Source: Giardia intestinalis
Taxonomy: Eukaryota
Direction: 5' to 3' (one strand)
Length of the DNA: 64,000 nucleotides
NCBI GenBank assembly: GCA_000002435.2
Contig: CM018790.1
Below the pieces are notes generated by a model. It did not search any database. It worked only from the letters and a program-made list of their open reading frames with translations, and was not told the DNA's origin. Within the stretch, counting starts at the first letter, position 1; each line of letters begins with the position of its first letter. Shown here in pieces: positions 8,645-17,529 of the stretch. The translations under genes were made by a program, and so were the position numbers.

Positions 8645-11335
8645 ATGGCGGCAGGGTTGAACGGCGAGGAGCGCGGCGACACCGCTCTGATTAGAGCAGC
8701 AAAGGCTAACAATCTCAGAGCAGTCATGGCCACCTTTCCAGAGGATGCGTGTAAAACTGACCACACAGGCCGCACGGCCCTCAGCTGGGCTACCGAGCGG
8801 GGATATGTTAATATTGTCCGGTACTTGATACACAAGGAGGCGAGGATTGTTGACAGGAAGGGTGTCACTGCGCTAATGATCGCCGTAAAGCGCCAGAACA
8901 TCTCCTGCGTCATGTCTCTTTACGCATACGAGTCCGGGTTCCAGGATAACCACGGCTGGTCTGCGCTTCACTGGGCAGTTTTCTATGGCTGCGCAAACAT
9001 TGTCCAGTACTTGGCTCCGTTGGAGGCTGGGCTCATCACTAACAATGGAACCACCGCCTTGATGTGCGCTGCCCAAAAGGGGTATGCAAACATCATCCCC
9101 TATCTTCTAGCCGCTGGAAGGGAGCTTAGAATGGTTGATAATTTGAAGAAGAGCGCACTCATCTATGCAGTAGAAGCAGGGCACGAGGATATAGTGCAGC
9201 TCTTAGCTGAGAAGGAGGCGGGAATAACTGACATGCTCGGACGATCGGCTCTCATGTATGCTGTGATAAATAAGAGGCCGGCGTGTGTCTCTATTCTTGC
9301 TCCGTATGAAGCGGGCATAGTTAGTAGTGAGGGGATGACTGCGCTTATGTATGCCGTGCAACAGCATGAGTGGCACATTGCGATGATTTTGGCCAAGCAA
9401 AAGGCAGAGCTAGGGAAGCAGGCTGCAAAGGAAGTTACTGCGCTTATGCTCCTGATGGACGCGAAGGATCCTCCGTCCGAAGTCGTGCTGGCACTTGGAG
9501 ACCGTCTGATCCCTTATGAAGCTAAGCTATCCGACTCTGCGGGCAATACAGCCCTTATGCGCGCAGCAATGCGGGGGGACATTAAGATGGTTGAAAGACT
9601 TGTCACCCACGAGGCGGGAATGCAGTCGTTGGCGGGGAAGACAGCTATGATGCTAGCCAGCCACGCTGGGCATGATGAGATTGTAAGATTACTTTCACCC
9701 ATAGAGAAGGGTCTCGTTGACGCCATGGGGCGGACTGCATTAATGTACGCCACAAGGGCAAACAATGATAACGTGATACGATACCTCATTCCGTTTGAAA
9801 GCAGAATGACTGATTTCTATGGCAAGACGGCGTTGATGTGCGCTGCAAAGAATAATTATATGCCGATTCTTAAGTTTCTTGCGTCAAAGGAGTGCAAGAT
9901 TAAAGATCACAAGGGCCGGACGGCTCTGATGCGGGCAGCCGCTAGCGGGCACATAGAGTCAGTAGCATTCTTGGCTCGGTATGAATCGCAACTTCAGTCG
10001 GAGAGTGGTTTAACTGCCTTGATGTTTGCTGCCGTCAATGGCCATTCAACCGTGGCGCGAGTTCTCGCCAAAACAGAGGCCGGGATGCGCGATTCTACAG
10101 GACGGACTGCCCTTCTCCTTTCGCTGGTTAACAATCATGAAAATGTCGCCCGTGCGCTTCTTGTATTCGAGCATCAACTTGCTGACGATCAAAAGCGGAC
10201 CGCCCTGATGTATTCTGCCCAAACAGCATTCGACTCGGTGACTCGGTCACTTATAGCCCTGGATAATCTGGCTAAAAGACAAGATGATGTAGGTCGCACG
10301 GCACTAATGTATGCTGTCACTTCTTCGCAGAGAAATGCTATCAGAGCGCTGCTTCCCAAGGAAAATTGCATGGTTGACAAGAACGGACGGACTGCACTCA
10401 TGTATGCCGCGCGTGCGTGCCTGTCTCCGGGGGTCCCGGGGCTCATCGAGAGTGAAGCAGGAATACACGATAACGACGGTCTAACGGCCCTCATGTATTG
10501 CTGTCTCAGCAAAAACTACTCGCTAGCGGATCTTTTGTTATCAACGGAGGTCTGCATGCGTGACAAGCGGGGACAGACAGCGCTCATGTATGCTGCCAAG
10601 GAGGGTTGCAAGGAGCTCGTCAATAAGTTGCTTCCACACGAAGCGGACATGCGTGACCATAGCGGGAAGACCTCATTGATCTATGCTGTTGAAAACGGGC
10701 ACTCTCATCTGGTATCGTCCCTGGCGTCGGAGAACAGGCTTTCCGATAAGCATCTTCAAACGCCATATGACTACGCAATGCGTCTGCGCTGCACAAAGTC
10801 TGTACAGTCTCTTGTCAGCATCTTAACAGATACGTCCACTCTCGTGCTAAGTGCCAGTGTTTGTTTACAATTCATCCGAAACCTTTCTCCGATTGTTTCG
10901 TATATGCTCTGGAAGAGTAAGAACACTCTCTATGCGATTCACGCACACACCTTATTGGATACCCTGATGTCATTTTTGTTTGATGATCTAGACATTAGTC
11001 TTCTGCGTTCTGAGGAAGAACAACGATGTGGTGAGAGCCTCATGCATCTCTGCACCATCAACGATAGTTTCATGGCCTCGTCGTCTTCGTTCTGGCTCCG
11101 CGGAGAAGCTCGGCGTCGGTACATGCACCGGACGCGGACTATGGAGATCTCTGATGCTTCACATGACTCCGTCTGCGCAGTGTGCTTAGACAACCATCCC
11201 AATGTCGTCTTTCTGCCATGCAGACACATGGTTGTCTGCAGTGCTTGCTTGACGTCTATGGAGCGTCACTGTCCTTATTGTCGAAAATATGTCTGTCGTC
11301 ACTTCACTATAAACGAAGAAGACATACTCTGCTAG
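8645..11335 (+). CDS. Large ankyrin-repeat protein (about 24 repeats, Protein 21.1-like) with a C-terminal C3HC4 RING finger
   Basis: Long array of GxTALMxAA ankyrin units. C-terminal CAVCLDNHPNVVFLPCRHMVVCSACLTSMERHCPYCRKYV fits C-x2-C-x11-C-x-H-x3-C-x2-C-x6-C-x2-C, the same RING type as gene 10-1461. Start context is ccttttaaaaATG. Confidence 0.75.
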   Translation: MAAGLNGEERGDTALIRAAKANNLRAVMATFPEDACKTDHTGRTALSWATERGYVNIVRYLIHKEARIVDRKGVTALMIAVKRQNISCVMSLYAYESGFQDNHGWSALHWAVFYGCANIVQYLAPLEAGLITNNGTTALMCAAQKGYANIIPYLLAAGRELRMVDNLKKSALIYAVEAGHEDIVQLLAEKEAGITDMLGRSALMYAVINKRPACVSILAPYEAGIVSSEGMTALMYAVQQHEWHIAMILAKQKAELGKQAAKEVTALMLLMDAKDPPSEVVLALGDRLIPYEAKLSDSAGNTALMRAAMRGDIKMVERLVTHEAGMQSLAGKTAMMLASHAGHDEIVRLLSPIEKGLVDAMGRTALMYATRANNDNVIRYLIPFESRMTDFYGKTALMCAAKNNYMPILKFLASKECKIKDHKGRTALMRAAASGHIESVAFLARYESQLQSESGLTALMFAAVNGHSTVARVLAKTEAGMRDSTGRTALLLSLVNNHENVARALLVFEHQLADDQKRTALMYSAQTAFDSVTRSLIALDNLAKRQDDVGRTALMYAVTSSQRNAIRALLPKENCMVDKNGRTALMYAARACLSPGVPGLIESEAGIHDNDGLTALMYCCLSKNYSLADLLLSTEVCMRDKRGQTALMYAAKEGCKELVNKLLPHEADMRDHSGKTSLIYAVENGHSHLVSSLASENRLSDKHLQTPYDYAMRLRCTKSVQSLVSILTDTSTLVLSASVCLQFIRNLSPIVSYMLWKSKNTLYAIHAHTLLDTLMSFLFDDLDISLLRSEEEQRCGESLMHLCTINDSFMASSSSFWLRGEARRRYMHRTRTMEISDASHDSVCAVCLDNHPNVVFLPCRHMVVCSACLTSMERHCPYCRKYVCRHFTINEEDILC

Positions 11336-11424
11336 TGGGTATCCTATTATTCGATTTTGTTCTTCGGACAGGCATGCTATGATGTCGCAAATATTGGGTC
11401 CCCAACGGTAATGAACGGTCTTCT

Positions 11425-11450
11425 CTGCTGGTCAATCCTGCTGGTCAATC
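11425..11450. repeat. Tandem duplication of the 13-mer CTGCTGGTCAATC
   Basis: Copies at 11425-11437 and 11438-11450, about 90 nt downstream of the stop of gene 8645-11335. Confidence 0.7.
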
Positions 11451-11984
11451 AATTCTATAAATGTTGAGTGACAGATTGACACAAGCTATAATTTGTTTTA
11501 GTTTGTTGAATACACACAAACACTTATAAAGAGTAAATCGCTCTTAGGCTTTTTCCTTCTCTTTGCTACACCCCTGATGCAGCAACGGAGTCTATCGAAT
11601 ATGTTAGTTAATTTTTATAACTTAGTTGATTGAGTAACCTAAGCCGTCACTGTCCGGACTTCTTCTGTGCACAAGTAAATAAGGTGTGCAGACTCACTAT
11701 TTCAGGAGACACATGCAGATGACTAGTTTCTCGAAAGGCCCTGCAATAAGCCATAAAATCAAAGCGTTTCATTACTCTAAGAGCAATCTGCCCTCTCTCG
11801 GACATATCTACAGGGACAGGTACTGTCACTTATGTCACTATACTAGTAAGCAGGTGGCACCCGGAACCAGGAAGCACCGGTAGGCAAGCAAGTAAAGAGA
11901 TGATCTTCTTTTCTTCCGAAGCAAAAAGACATTGGGGCAAATAATTGTTATCGGTTGTTCTAGTCACATTCTGAGTCCTGCTCG

Positions 11985-14684
11985 ATGCTCAAGGCTATCG
12001 ATGCACTGGTCCTCACCCTTTCAGAGACTGGTGGAGTGACGCCCGAGCCCCCAAGGCCAAGCCCCTATGTTCCGCTCCAAGAAGTATACACCCACTGGCA
12101 TCCCGTTTTTCAACAGACACCCCACGATGCTGACATCTTCAGTCAGGAGTGCTTCACAGGCATGCATGAGTATGTACAGAAACTGCTCGCACGTGAAACT
12201 GAGTTACGTGAAGATGATGAGACCAAGGACACTGCAGCACCTATGCCCTTGTCTCTAGAGCAGACGACCTTCGGTCTCCCCTCAGGGGTTATTGCAAATC
12301 TGCAAGTCAAAGATTTGTTGCCATGGCAAAGCGAGCTCCTATTGAAAACAGTGCCCCTAGAGACTCAGAAAGATGAGTACGTTCCCCCGTGTTACCGCCA
12401 CATCCTCATATCAGCGCCAACGTCGGCTGGAAAAAGCCTGGTGGCATTCATCTATATTCTACGATGTCTATCTCTGTGCAAGAAGTCTGCCATCATTGCT
12501 GTTCCCTTTGTTGCATTGGCTGATGAGCTTGTTGGGAAACTGAGGGACATCATTCCTCCGGGTTGTGGAGTAGTCGGGATCACTGGGATGAAGCAAGTGC
12601 CACGGGTCTCGGGATCTAGACCCATAATATATGTGTGTACATTTGAGAAAGCTATTCTTGTCTTCAGCAAGTTTCTTCAGAAAGGGTTGGTGGCACATCT
12701 AGGGCTACTTGTGTTCGACGAAATCCATCTCATAGGGGACGGGTCTACTCGAGCATGCAAGTTGGAGCTCTTCATTAGCCAGCTTATCCTATTGGAAAAA
12801 ACTGCACGCATCCCAATTTGTTATCGGATCGTGGGCATGTCTGCAACCCTCAGTAATATTTCCGATCTTCAGCGGTGGCTTGGTTGCTACGTGTATGAGT
12901 GCAACTTCCGACCGATTTCTCTTCAAGAGTATGTTCTTGTAGACAGAAACCTATACCTTTTCAATGCCCAGACCAAGAAGCTCGAGCCAAGAGGTCAAAT
13001 CCTCGTTAACTCTCCAATTACAAAAGTCAAGCTCAACATATCTCCTTTAAATACTATTTCTTTGATTGCACTGAAACCGCTGATCATATTTGTGACTACT
13101 AAGCATGAGACCGTCGATGTGGCAAACTCCCTAGCCGAGATAATACGCACAAGCTTCCCTAGCCCGCCCGCTGAACTCATAGCAAAGCGCACTCAGCTGA
13201 TCACCGAGCTGAAGCAGCTGGGCGATGTCTCCTGGGCACCCCTCATCTCAGCAGGGGTCATGTACCACAATTCATCACTGGCGTCTTTGGAGCGTACACT
13301 TATCGAAGAGGCATTTTCAAACTCAGTTATTCACACCCTTGTTGCAACCACTACGATCTCTGCAGGAGTCAATCTGCCTGCACGGTCAGTAATCATTCGA
13401 TATCAGAAGATTGGGTCTATAGAACTGGACGGAGCTAAATATCGACAGATGATAGGGCGTGCGGGTCGCATGGGCCTCGCCACCAGCGGCCATTCATTTC
13501 TATTGCTCACCGAGCGGGACAAGAAGGAGGTCTTGGCAAAGTTGAGTGCCGAATCTGACGTAGTCACCGCCACAGAACAGTTGCTTTCGGAGCTGCACAC
13601 GATTCGTCCGATATTATCTAGTCTCTCTAAATCAAGCATCAGCGCAGAAGTGATTCTGAACAGCTGCATCTACGATGTTTCCGTCAGGGAGTTCATAGAG
13701 TCAACACTTGCCCATGTTCAAGGGTCGCTTAAGCACGAAAACGTCGTTCGAGCTTTGGAGGTATTGCAGAGCCTTGGTCTTGTGTCATTCTCAAACGGTA
13801 TTGTGCGCCTTACACCTCGGGGAAGGGCGTGCGTTGATGCAGGAACAGACATTTATAATTCTCTGGTGATCTATACGTATCTTCAGACCTTCCAAACTGA
13901 AGGGCTACTGGTTGGAAACGACTATCATATATGCTGCACAACTATACCAATATATGCATCGATAGTAGCATCTCTCAGTGACCCAACGTCCGGAGAAAGC
14001 GAGTCTACGAAAGATATACCCCCCAATCAGCTCTTTACCCTTCCGTTTCATTTCAGAGAAACCCCCCTTCTGGCACCGAAATATGAGATTTTCTATAATG
14101 TTGCATCTCAAATGGATCCGGCAATCCTTCATCCGACGCTTGCGAAGCTTCATCTAAATATGGACATGATAGAGGCTAAGATGCTAAATAGCAGCGGTCC
14201 CTGCAGCGTGGGCATGGCTGCCGCATACAACGGGCTAGTTACATACACGTTCCTCACCAGGGTGGAAGGGCTTCATGCGGCAGCGGGTCTTGAACGAATC
14301 TTTACGGAAGTGCGTACGCTGTTTGGGATTGATGGAGGGTCACTTGAGGCATTGCTGAAGCACTCAATTCAGCAAAGCAATGCAATGGCACAGTTTTCGG
14401 ACAGCCTTGGACGTACAACCACCGCACAGGTTTATCGACTTCTCGCAGATAGGCTACGAAGGATTACCCTAGATGATCTCTCTGACCTGCTGGCAATCCC
14501 AGGCGTGGGAGAAAAGCGGGCACGGGCGTTGCGTGATGCAGGCTACCGCAGCGCATGGGATATCATAGAGGCAGGTCTAGATCGGTTAAAGCAAACAGTT
14601 GATTTCGGTCCAGCCACGGAAGCCGCGTGCGTGGTTATTTATCGCGGAGCAGAAAAGTTATGGGACACGACAGCAAATGGATAG
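11985..14684 (+). CDS. Superfamily-2 DNA helicase of the Hel308/HELQ (Mus308) family
   Basis: Motif I APTSAGKS, motif II VFDEIHLIGD, motif III GMSATLSNISDLQRWLG...FRPISLQEY, motif IV/V HNSSLASLERTLIEEAF...VATTTISAGVNLPARSVII, and motif VI QMIGRAGR. These are close to the HELQ/Hel308 consensus (GMSATL.N, AGVNLPARRVI, QMIGRAGR). There is a C-terminal helix-hairpin-helix (LLAIPGVGEKRARALRDAGY). No polymerase domain is present, so this is not POLQ. Confidence 0.7.
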   Translation: MLKAIDALVLTLSETGGVTPEPPRPSPYVPLQEVYTHWHPVFQQTPHDADIFSQECFTGMHEYVQKLLARETELREDDETKDTAAPMPLSLEQTTFGLPSGVIANLQVKDLLPWQSELLLKTVPLETQKDEYVPPCYRHILISAPTSAGKSLVAFIYILRCLSLCKKSAIIAVPFVALADELVGKLRDIIPPGCGVVGITGMKQVPRVSGSRPIIYVCTFEKAILVFSKFLQKGLVAHLGLLVFDEIHLIGDGSTRACKLELFISQLILLEKTARIPICYRIVGMSATLSNISDLQRWLGCYVYECNFRPISLQEYVLVDRNLYLFNAQTKKLEPRGQILVNSPITKVKLNISPLNTISLIALKPLIIFVTTKHETVDVANSLAEIIRTSFPSPPAELIAKRTQLITELKQLGDVSWAPLISAGVMYHNSSLASLERTLIEEAFSNSVIHTLVATTTISAGVNLPARSVIIRYQKIGSIELDGAKYRQMIGRAGRMGLATSGHSFLLLTERDKKEVLAKLSAESDVVTATEQLLSELHTIRPILSSLSKSSISAEVILNSCIYDVSVREFIESTLAHVQGSLKHENVVRALEVLQSLGLVSFSNGIVRLTPRGRACVDAGTDIYNSLVIYTYLQTFQTEGLLVGNDYHICCTTIPIYASIVASLSDPTSGESESTKDIPPNQLFTLPFHFRETPLLAPKYEIFYNVASQMDPAILHPTLAKLHLNMDMIEAKMLNSSGPCSVGMAAAYNGLVTYTFLTRVEGLHAAAGLERIFTEVRTLFGIDGGSLEALLKHSIQQSNAMAQFSDSLGRTTTAQVYRLLADRLRRITLDDLSDLLAIPGVGEKRARALRDAGYRSAWDIIEAGLDRLKQTVDFGPATEAACVVIYRGAEKLWDTTANG

Positions 14685-14698
14685 AGGAAATTTAAAAA

Positions 14699-15463
14699 AT
14701 GTCGGAAAGAGAGGGGTTTTTGGCTTCTATAACCCTCAACATACGCGCAGTCATGTACGAAGCCGGGGCACTCCAACAAGTGGAGCTTGAAAGCGAAGTT
14801 CTGCGCCGCCTCGGGCTTTATGAAGATACTGCCAAACACGCGACGGTCAAGCGGCGCATATACGATGCACTCTCCACGTTCATAGCGCTGGAGATCATTC
14901 AGAAGGTTAATAAGATGCTTTATTGGAACGGATTTCCTCACTATGGGCCCAAGCCAGATCTACCCGGCTCAGGCAGTGCTGAGGTTCAGTCAAAGTTAGA
15001 TTCTTCCGCCATTGTCACCGAGGATTCCTCTCGCACACTAAACTCGGAGACGAATGAGCATGACCCCGTTGCTGCAGGCATGGATGCTATCGTCCCTACT
15101 GCCGCCGAGGAAGGAGATGACAATGCCTCTGTCGAGGAGCTAGAAGCACAGATTGCAGAGCTGGAAGGACGGATAAGTGTGCTGAGCCAGCAACATGCAT
15201 ACTACACATTTTTCAACAGCCAGGCGCTGCTGTCACCGCAATGGGACCAAGGGGCTCCGCCAGTGCCTCCACCAGTTGCACTGCCCTTCACCGTTATCGC
15301 GGTTCCGTCAGAAGCAGACGCCGTGATCTTTAGCAACCAAAATCACACGCGCATCTCCATTGACGCCAGTATGCAGAACATTACGATCTTATCAGATGAT
15401 CAGATCGTGCAAGCCTTAATACAAAACACAGACAAAAGCATGAAGCCTCCATCTCCTTTCTGA
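14699..15463 (+). CDS. DP/E2F-family winged-helix transcription factor-like protein
   Basis: VKRRIYDALSTFIALEIIQKVNKMLYWNGFP matches the DP-1 DNA-binding core ([30 protein letters not shown]). A heptad/coiled-coil segment (LEAQIAELEGRISVLSQQ) follows, as in DP dimerisation domains. Start context is gaaatttaaaaaATG. Confidence 0.5.
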   Translation: MSEREGFLASITLNIRAVMYEAGALQQVELESEVLRRLGLYEDTAKHATVKRRIYDALSTFIALEIIQKVNKMLYWNGFPHYGPKPDLPGSGSAEVQSKLDSSAIVTEDSSRTLNSETNEHDPVAAGMDAIVPTAAEEGDDNASVEELEAQIAELEGRISVLSQQHAYYTFFNSQALLSPQWDQGAPPVPPPVALPFTVIAVPSEADAVIFSNQNHTRISIDASMQNITILSDDQIVQALIQNTDKSMKPPSPF

Positions 15464-15552
15464 ACCCTCTCCTTAGTTTACAGGATGTGTGGGCTGTGTG
15501 ATGGAGTGAGGAATCATCGTCAAAAAAAAGAGAAAAGGAGAAAAATGAAAAA

Positions 15553-15915
15553 ATGCCTGAAGCGGTCGCAACATCCACCCCTTGCCTTGGACCGTACAGC
15601 CCGGCTGTGAAGACCGGGAACCTTGTCTTCGTGTCAGGGCAGCTCGGCATAAAGGACGGCGAGCTTGCCGACGGTGTTCAGGCCCAGACACGCCTCTGCC
15701 TCGAGAATCTGAAGGGCGTTCTCGAGGCTGCCGGCACAACCATGAAGAACGTCGTCAAGTGCCAAGTGTACTTGAAGAACATGGATGACTTCGCCAAGGT
15801 CAACGAGGTCTACGCCGAGTTCTTCACCGAGTCAAAACCTGCGCGGATCTGCGTTGAGGTGGCCCGCCTTCCCAAGGACGCTTTAGTGGAAATCGACGCG
15901 ATAGCCGAACAGTGA
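15553..15915 (+). CDS. RidA/YjgF/L-PSP family protein (reactive-intermediate imine deaminase)
   Basis: The 120-aa sequence carries the hallmark [19 protein letters not shown]...[20 protein letters not shown]. The leader is A-rich, and an AGTGAAT polyA signal lies 13 nt after the stop. Confidence 0.85.
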   Translation: MPEAVATSTPCLGPYSPAVKTGNLVFVSGQLGIKDGELADGVQAQTRLCLENLKGVLEAAGTTMKNVVKCQVYLKNMDDFAKVNEVYAEFFTESKPARICVEVARLPKDALVEIDAIAEQ

Positions 15916-15927
15916 GACTGTGAGATT

Positions 15928-15934
15928 AGTGAAT
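15928..15934 (+). promoter_or_regulatory. AGTGAAT polyadenylation signal for the RidA gene
   Basis: 13 nt after the TGA stop. Confidence 0.45.
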
Positions 15935-15970
15935 AAAACTGGGATTTGTGTTCCTTTAGCTTGCGCCACG

Positions 15971-16002
15971 AAGTCGTGAAGTCACAAAGTCGTGAAGTCA
16001 CA
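15971..16002. repeat. Perfect tandem duplication of the 16-mer AAGTCGTGAAGTCACA
   Basis: Unit 1 spans 15971-15986 and unit 2 spans 15987-16002. Each unit contains the near-palindrome GTGAagTCAC. The repeat lies in a convergent 3' intergenic region. Confidence 0.8.
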
Positions 16003-16003
16003 G

Positions 16004-16036
16004 ACTGCAGGCCAACTGCAGACACGGAGCCGTGTC
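16004..16036. repeat. Two adjacent palindromes: CTGCAGgccaaCTGCAG, then GACACGGagCCGTGTC
   Basis: The second has perfect 7-bp inverted arms and overlaps the stop codon (16035-16037) of the minus-strand gene. Confidence 0.75.
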
Positions 16037-17357
16037 AGGGCTGTTTGGGATTAGCTTGGTTTGTGGGGGGAAGTGGCCGAGAGTCCTTCAGCAACGGCTC
16101 TACACACGTGTGATAAAAGTCTGCGTAGTCCGGCATCTGGGCCAGCACCTTAAGCGGCGGCAACTGGGTCTTTGCACATGCCTGCTGAAAGTCTATTACA
16201 AAGTCCAGAAATTGGGAAGTTACGCTACTGCGAACCGTTACGTATCCCAGTGACCGGGGAACAGCGAAGTCATTGAAATTGGAAATAAATTTGATGTGGT
16301 CGTTGTCCTGGATTGTAGAGTTTTTTAACTTGTACAGGTTGTTCTTGTTGTTCTGCATTAGCACGTCATCGTACAATCTAAAGTCACCGCGCAGCCATTC
16401 ACCCATGTAGCGCCCAGTTTCTGTCGTGCTGCGGGTGTGCGTGCGTTTCTTGGACATGGCCTCCAGGTAATATTTGTGCTCTACCGAGTCCTTTTCAATT
16501 CCCAGATTCTGAGCTTGGGTCTTGGTAAACCTCACCACAGCTAATCGCAGTCGCGAGGGATTGCTTGAATTCCGTGCTTGTGGGTCCAGCTCCCCGCACG
16601 GAATCCTCGTGCAGAAATCAGTAGACCCGGGGACAATGAGTCGGCTAAGATCATTGGACTTCGACTGTTTTAGGCTCAGCTGTTCTAAATAGTACTTCTG
16701 CAAGGCCTGGTGCAGAGAGTCATCGTCAACGATCCATTTGATCTGCGTCATGATACTCTTATGCGTGGTCTCTTGCTCAGGCTTAGCCAGCCGCGACAGA
16801 ACGATATTATTTATAGGTGCTTTGTATTGCTCTATCTCAGAGAGGAGACAAACCCTGAAAAACTGGGTCTTTAAATAGCCAGCTTGTGTCTTGTAGCGCA
16901 GTACGTTGCGAAAGTCGGTATAGGATAGCAAATCCTTGCTGCTAAACTCTATGTTGTGGTCGATGTCGAGACGGAACAGCTCTTTGTCTGTGGTCTGCTC
17001 CTTAACCAAGGTGAAGACCTGCATGTGTGCGAGGATTTTCCCGTCAGCATCCGGTAGCATGGACGCAAGGGTGGGGGGTGAAGAAACAGAGACAGCAGGG
17101 TCTTGTGTGAGCTGGAGAGACGGAGGCATGATGGCGTAGTGGACGATGAAGTTATTATCGTGTTGATTGAAGGAGTTGAAGTGGTAAGACCCTTCAGTCG
17201 GGTACGGATTATGGGCGTCATCACACTCGCCTTTGTACTCCTTGTAATCCTCAGCGTGCGCCGCAGTTACAGCGCCTCCTTGGATCATGTCCATACAGAG
17301 AGACGAATCCTCAAAAGCATGACCGTCGAGTGTACCAGAGGAATGCTGGTAGGTCAT
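16035..17357 (-). CDS. Hypothetical protein (440 aa), no recognisable domain
   Basis: Long ATG-initiated ORF with an A/T-rich leader on the minus strand and typical amino-acid composition. Its stop codon sits inside a palindrome in the convergent intergenic region. Confidence 0.5.
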   Translation of the reverse strand: MTYQHSSGTLDGHAFEDSSLCMDMIQGGAVTAAHAEDYKEYKGECDDAHNPYPTEGSYHFNSFNQHDNNFIVHYAIMPPSLQLTQDPAVSVSSPPTLASMLPDADGKILAHMQVFTLVKEQTTDKELFRLDIDHNIEFSSKDLLSYTDFRNVLRYKTQAGYLKTQFFRVCLLSEIEQYKAPINNIVLSRLAKPEQETTHKSIMTQIKWIVDDDSLHQALQKYYLEQLSLKQSKSNDLSRLIVPGSTDFCTRIPCGELDPQARNSSNPSRLRLAVVRFTKTQAQNLGIEKDSVEHKYYLEAMSKKRTHTRSTTETGRYMGEWLRGDFRLYDDVLMQNNKNNLYKLKNSTIQDNDHIKFISNFNDFAVPRSLGYVTVRSSVTSQFLDFVIDFQQACAKTQLPPLKVLAQMPDYADFYHTCVEPLLKDSRPLPPTNQANPKQP

Positions 17358-17529
17358 TCGGGCGTTTTACTGCTCCACAAAACTAAAAAACGCAAAAATG
17401 TATAAAATGTTGTAAGGAAAATTATATACCCCATTAAAAAATTTACAACGGGTAAACATTTTAACATCAATAATCAGTAATGCAATCTGGCAAAAGGAAA
17501 TACAGTTTGCGTAAAATCGGCAAGGAGCA

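Noticed and set aside
15545-15552. Upstream ATG (aaaaATGaaaaaATG) 8 nt before the RidA start.
   Set aside because: It is out of frame and yields only about 20 codons. It is probably incidental within the A-rich initiator. I note it only as a possible tiny uORF.
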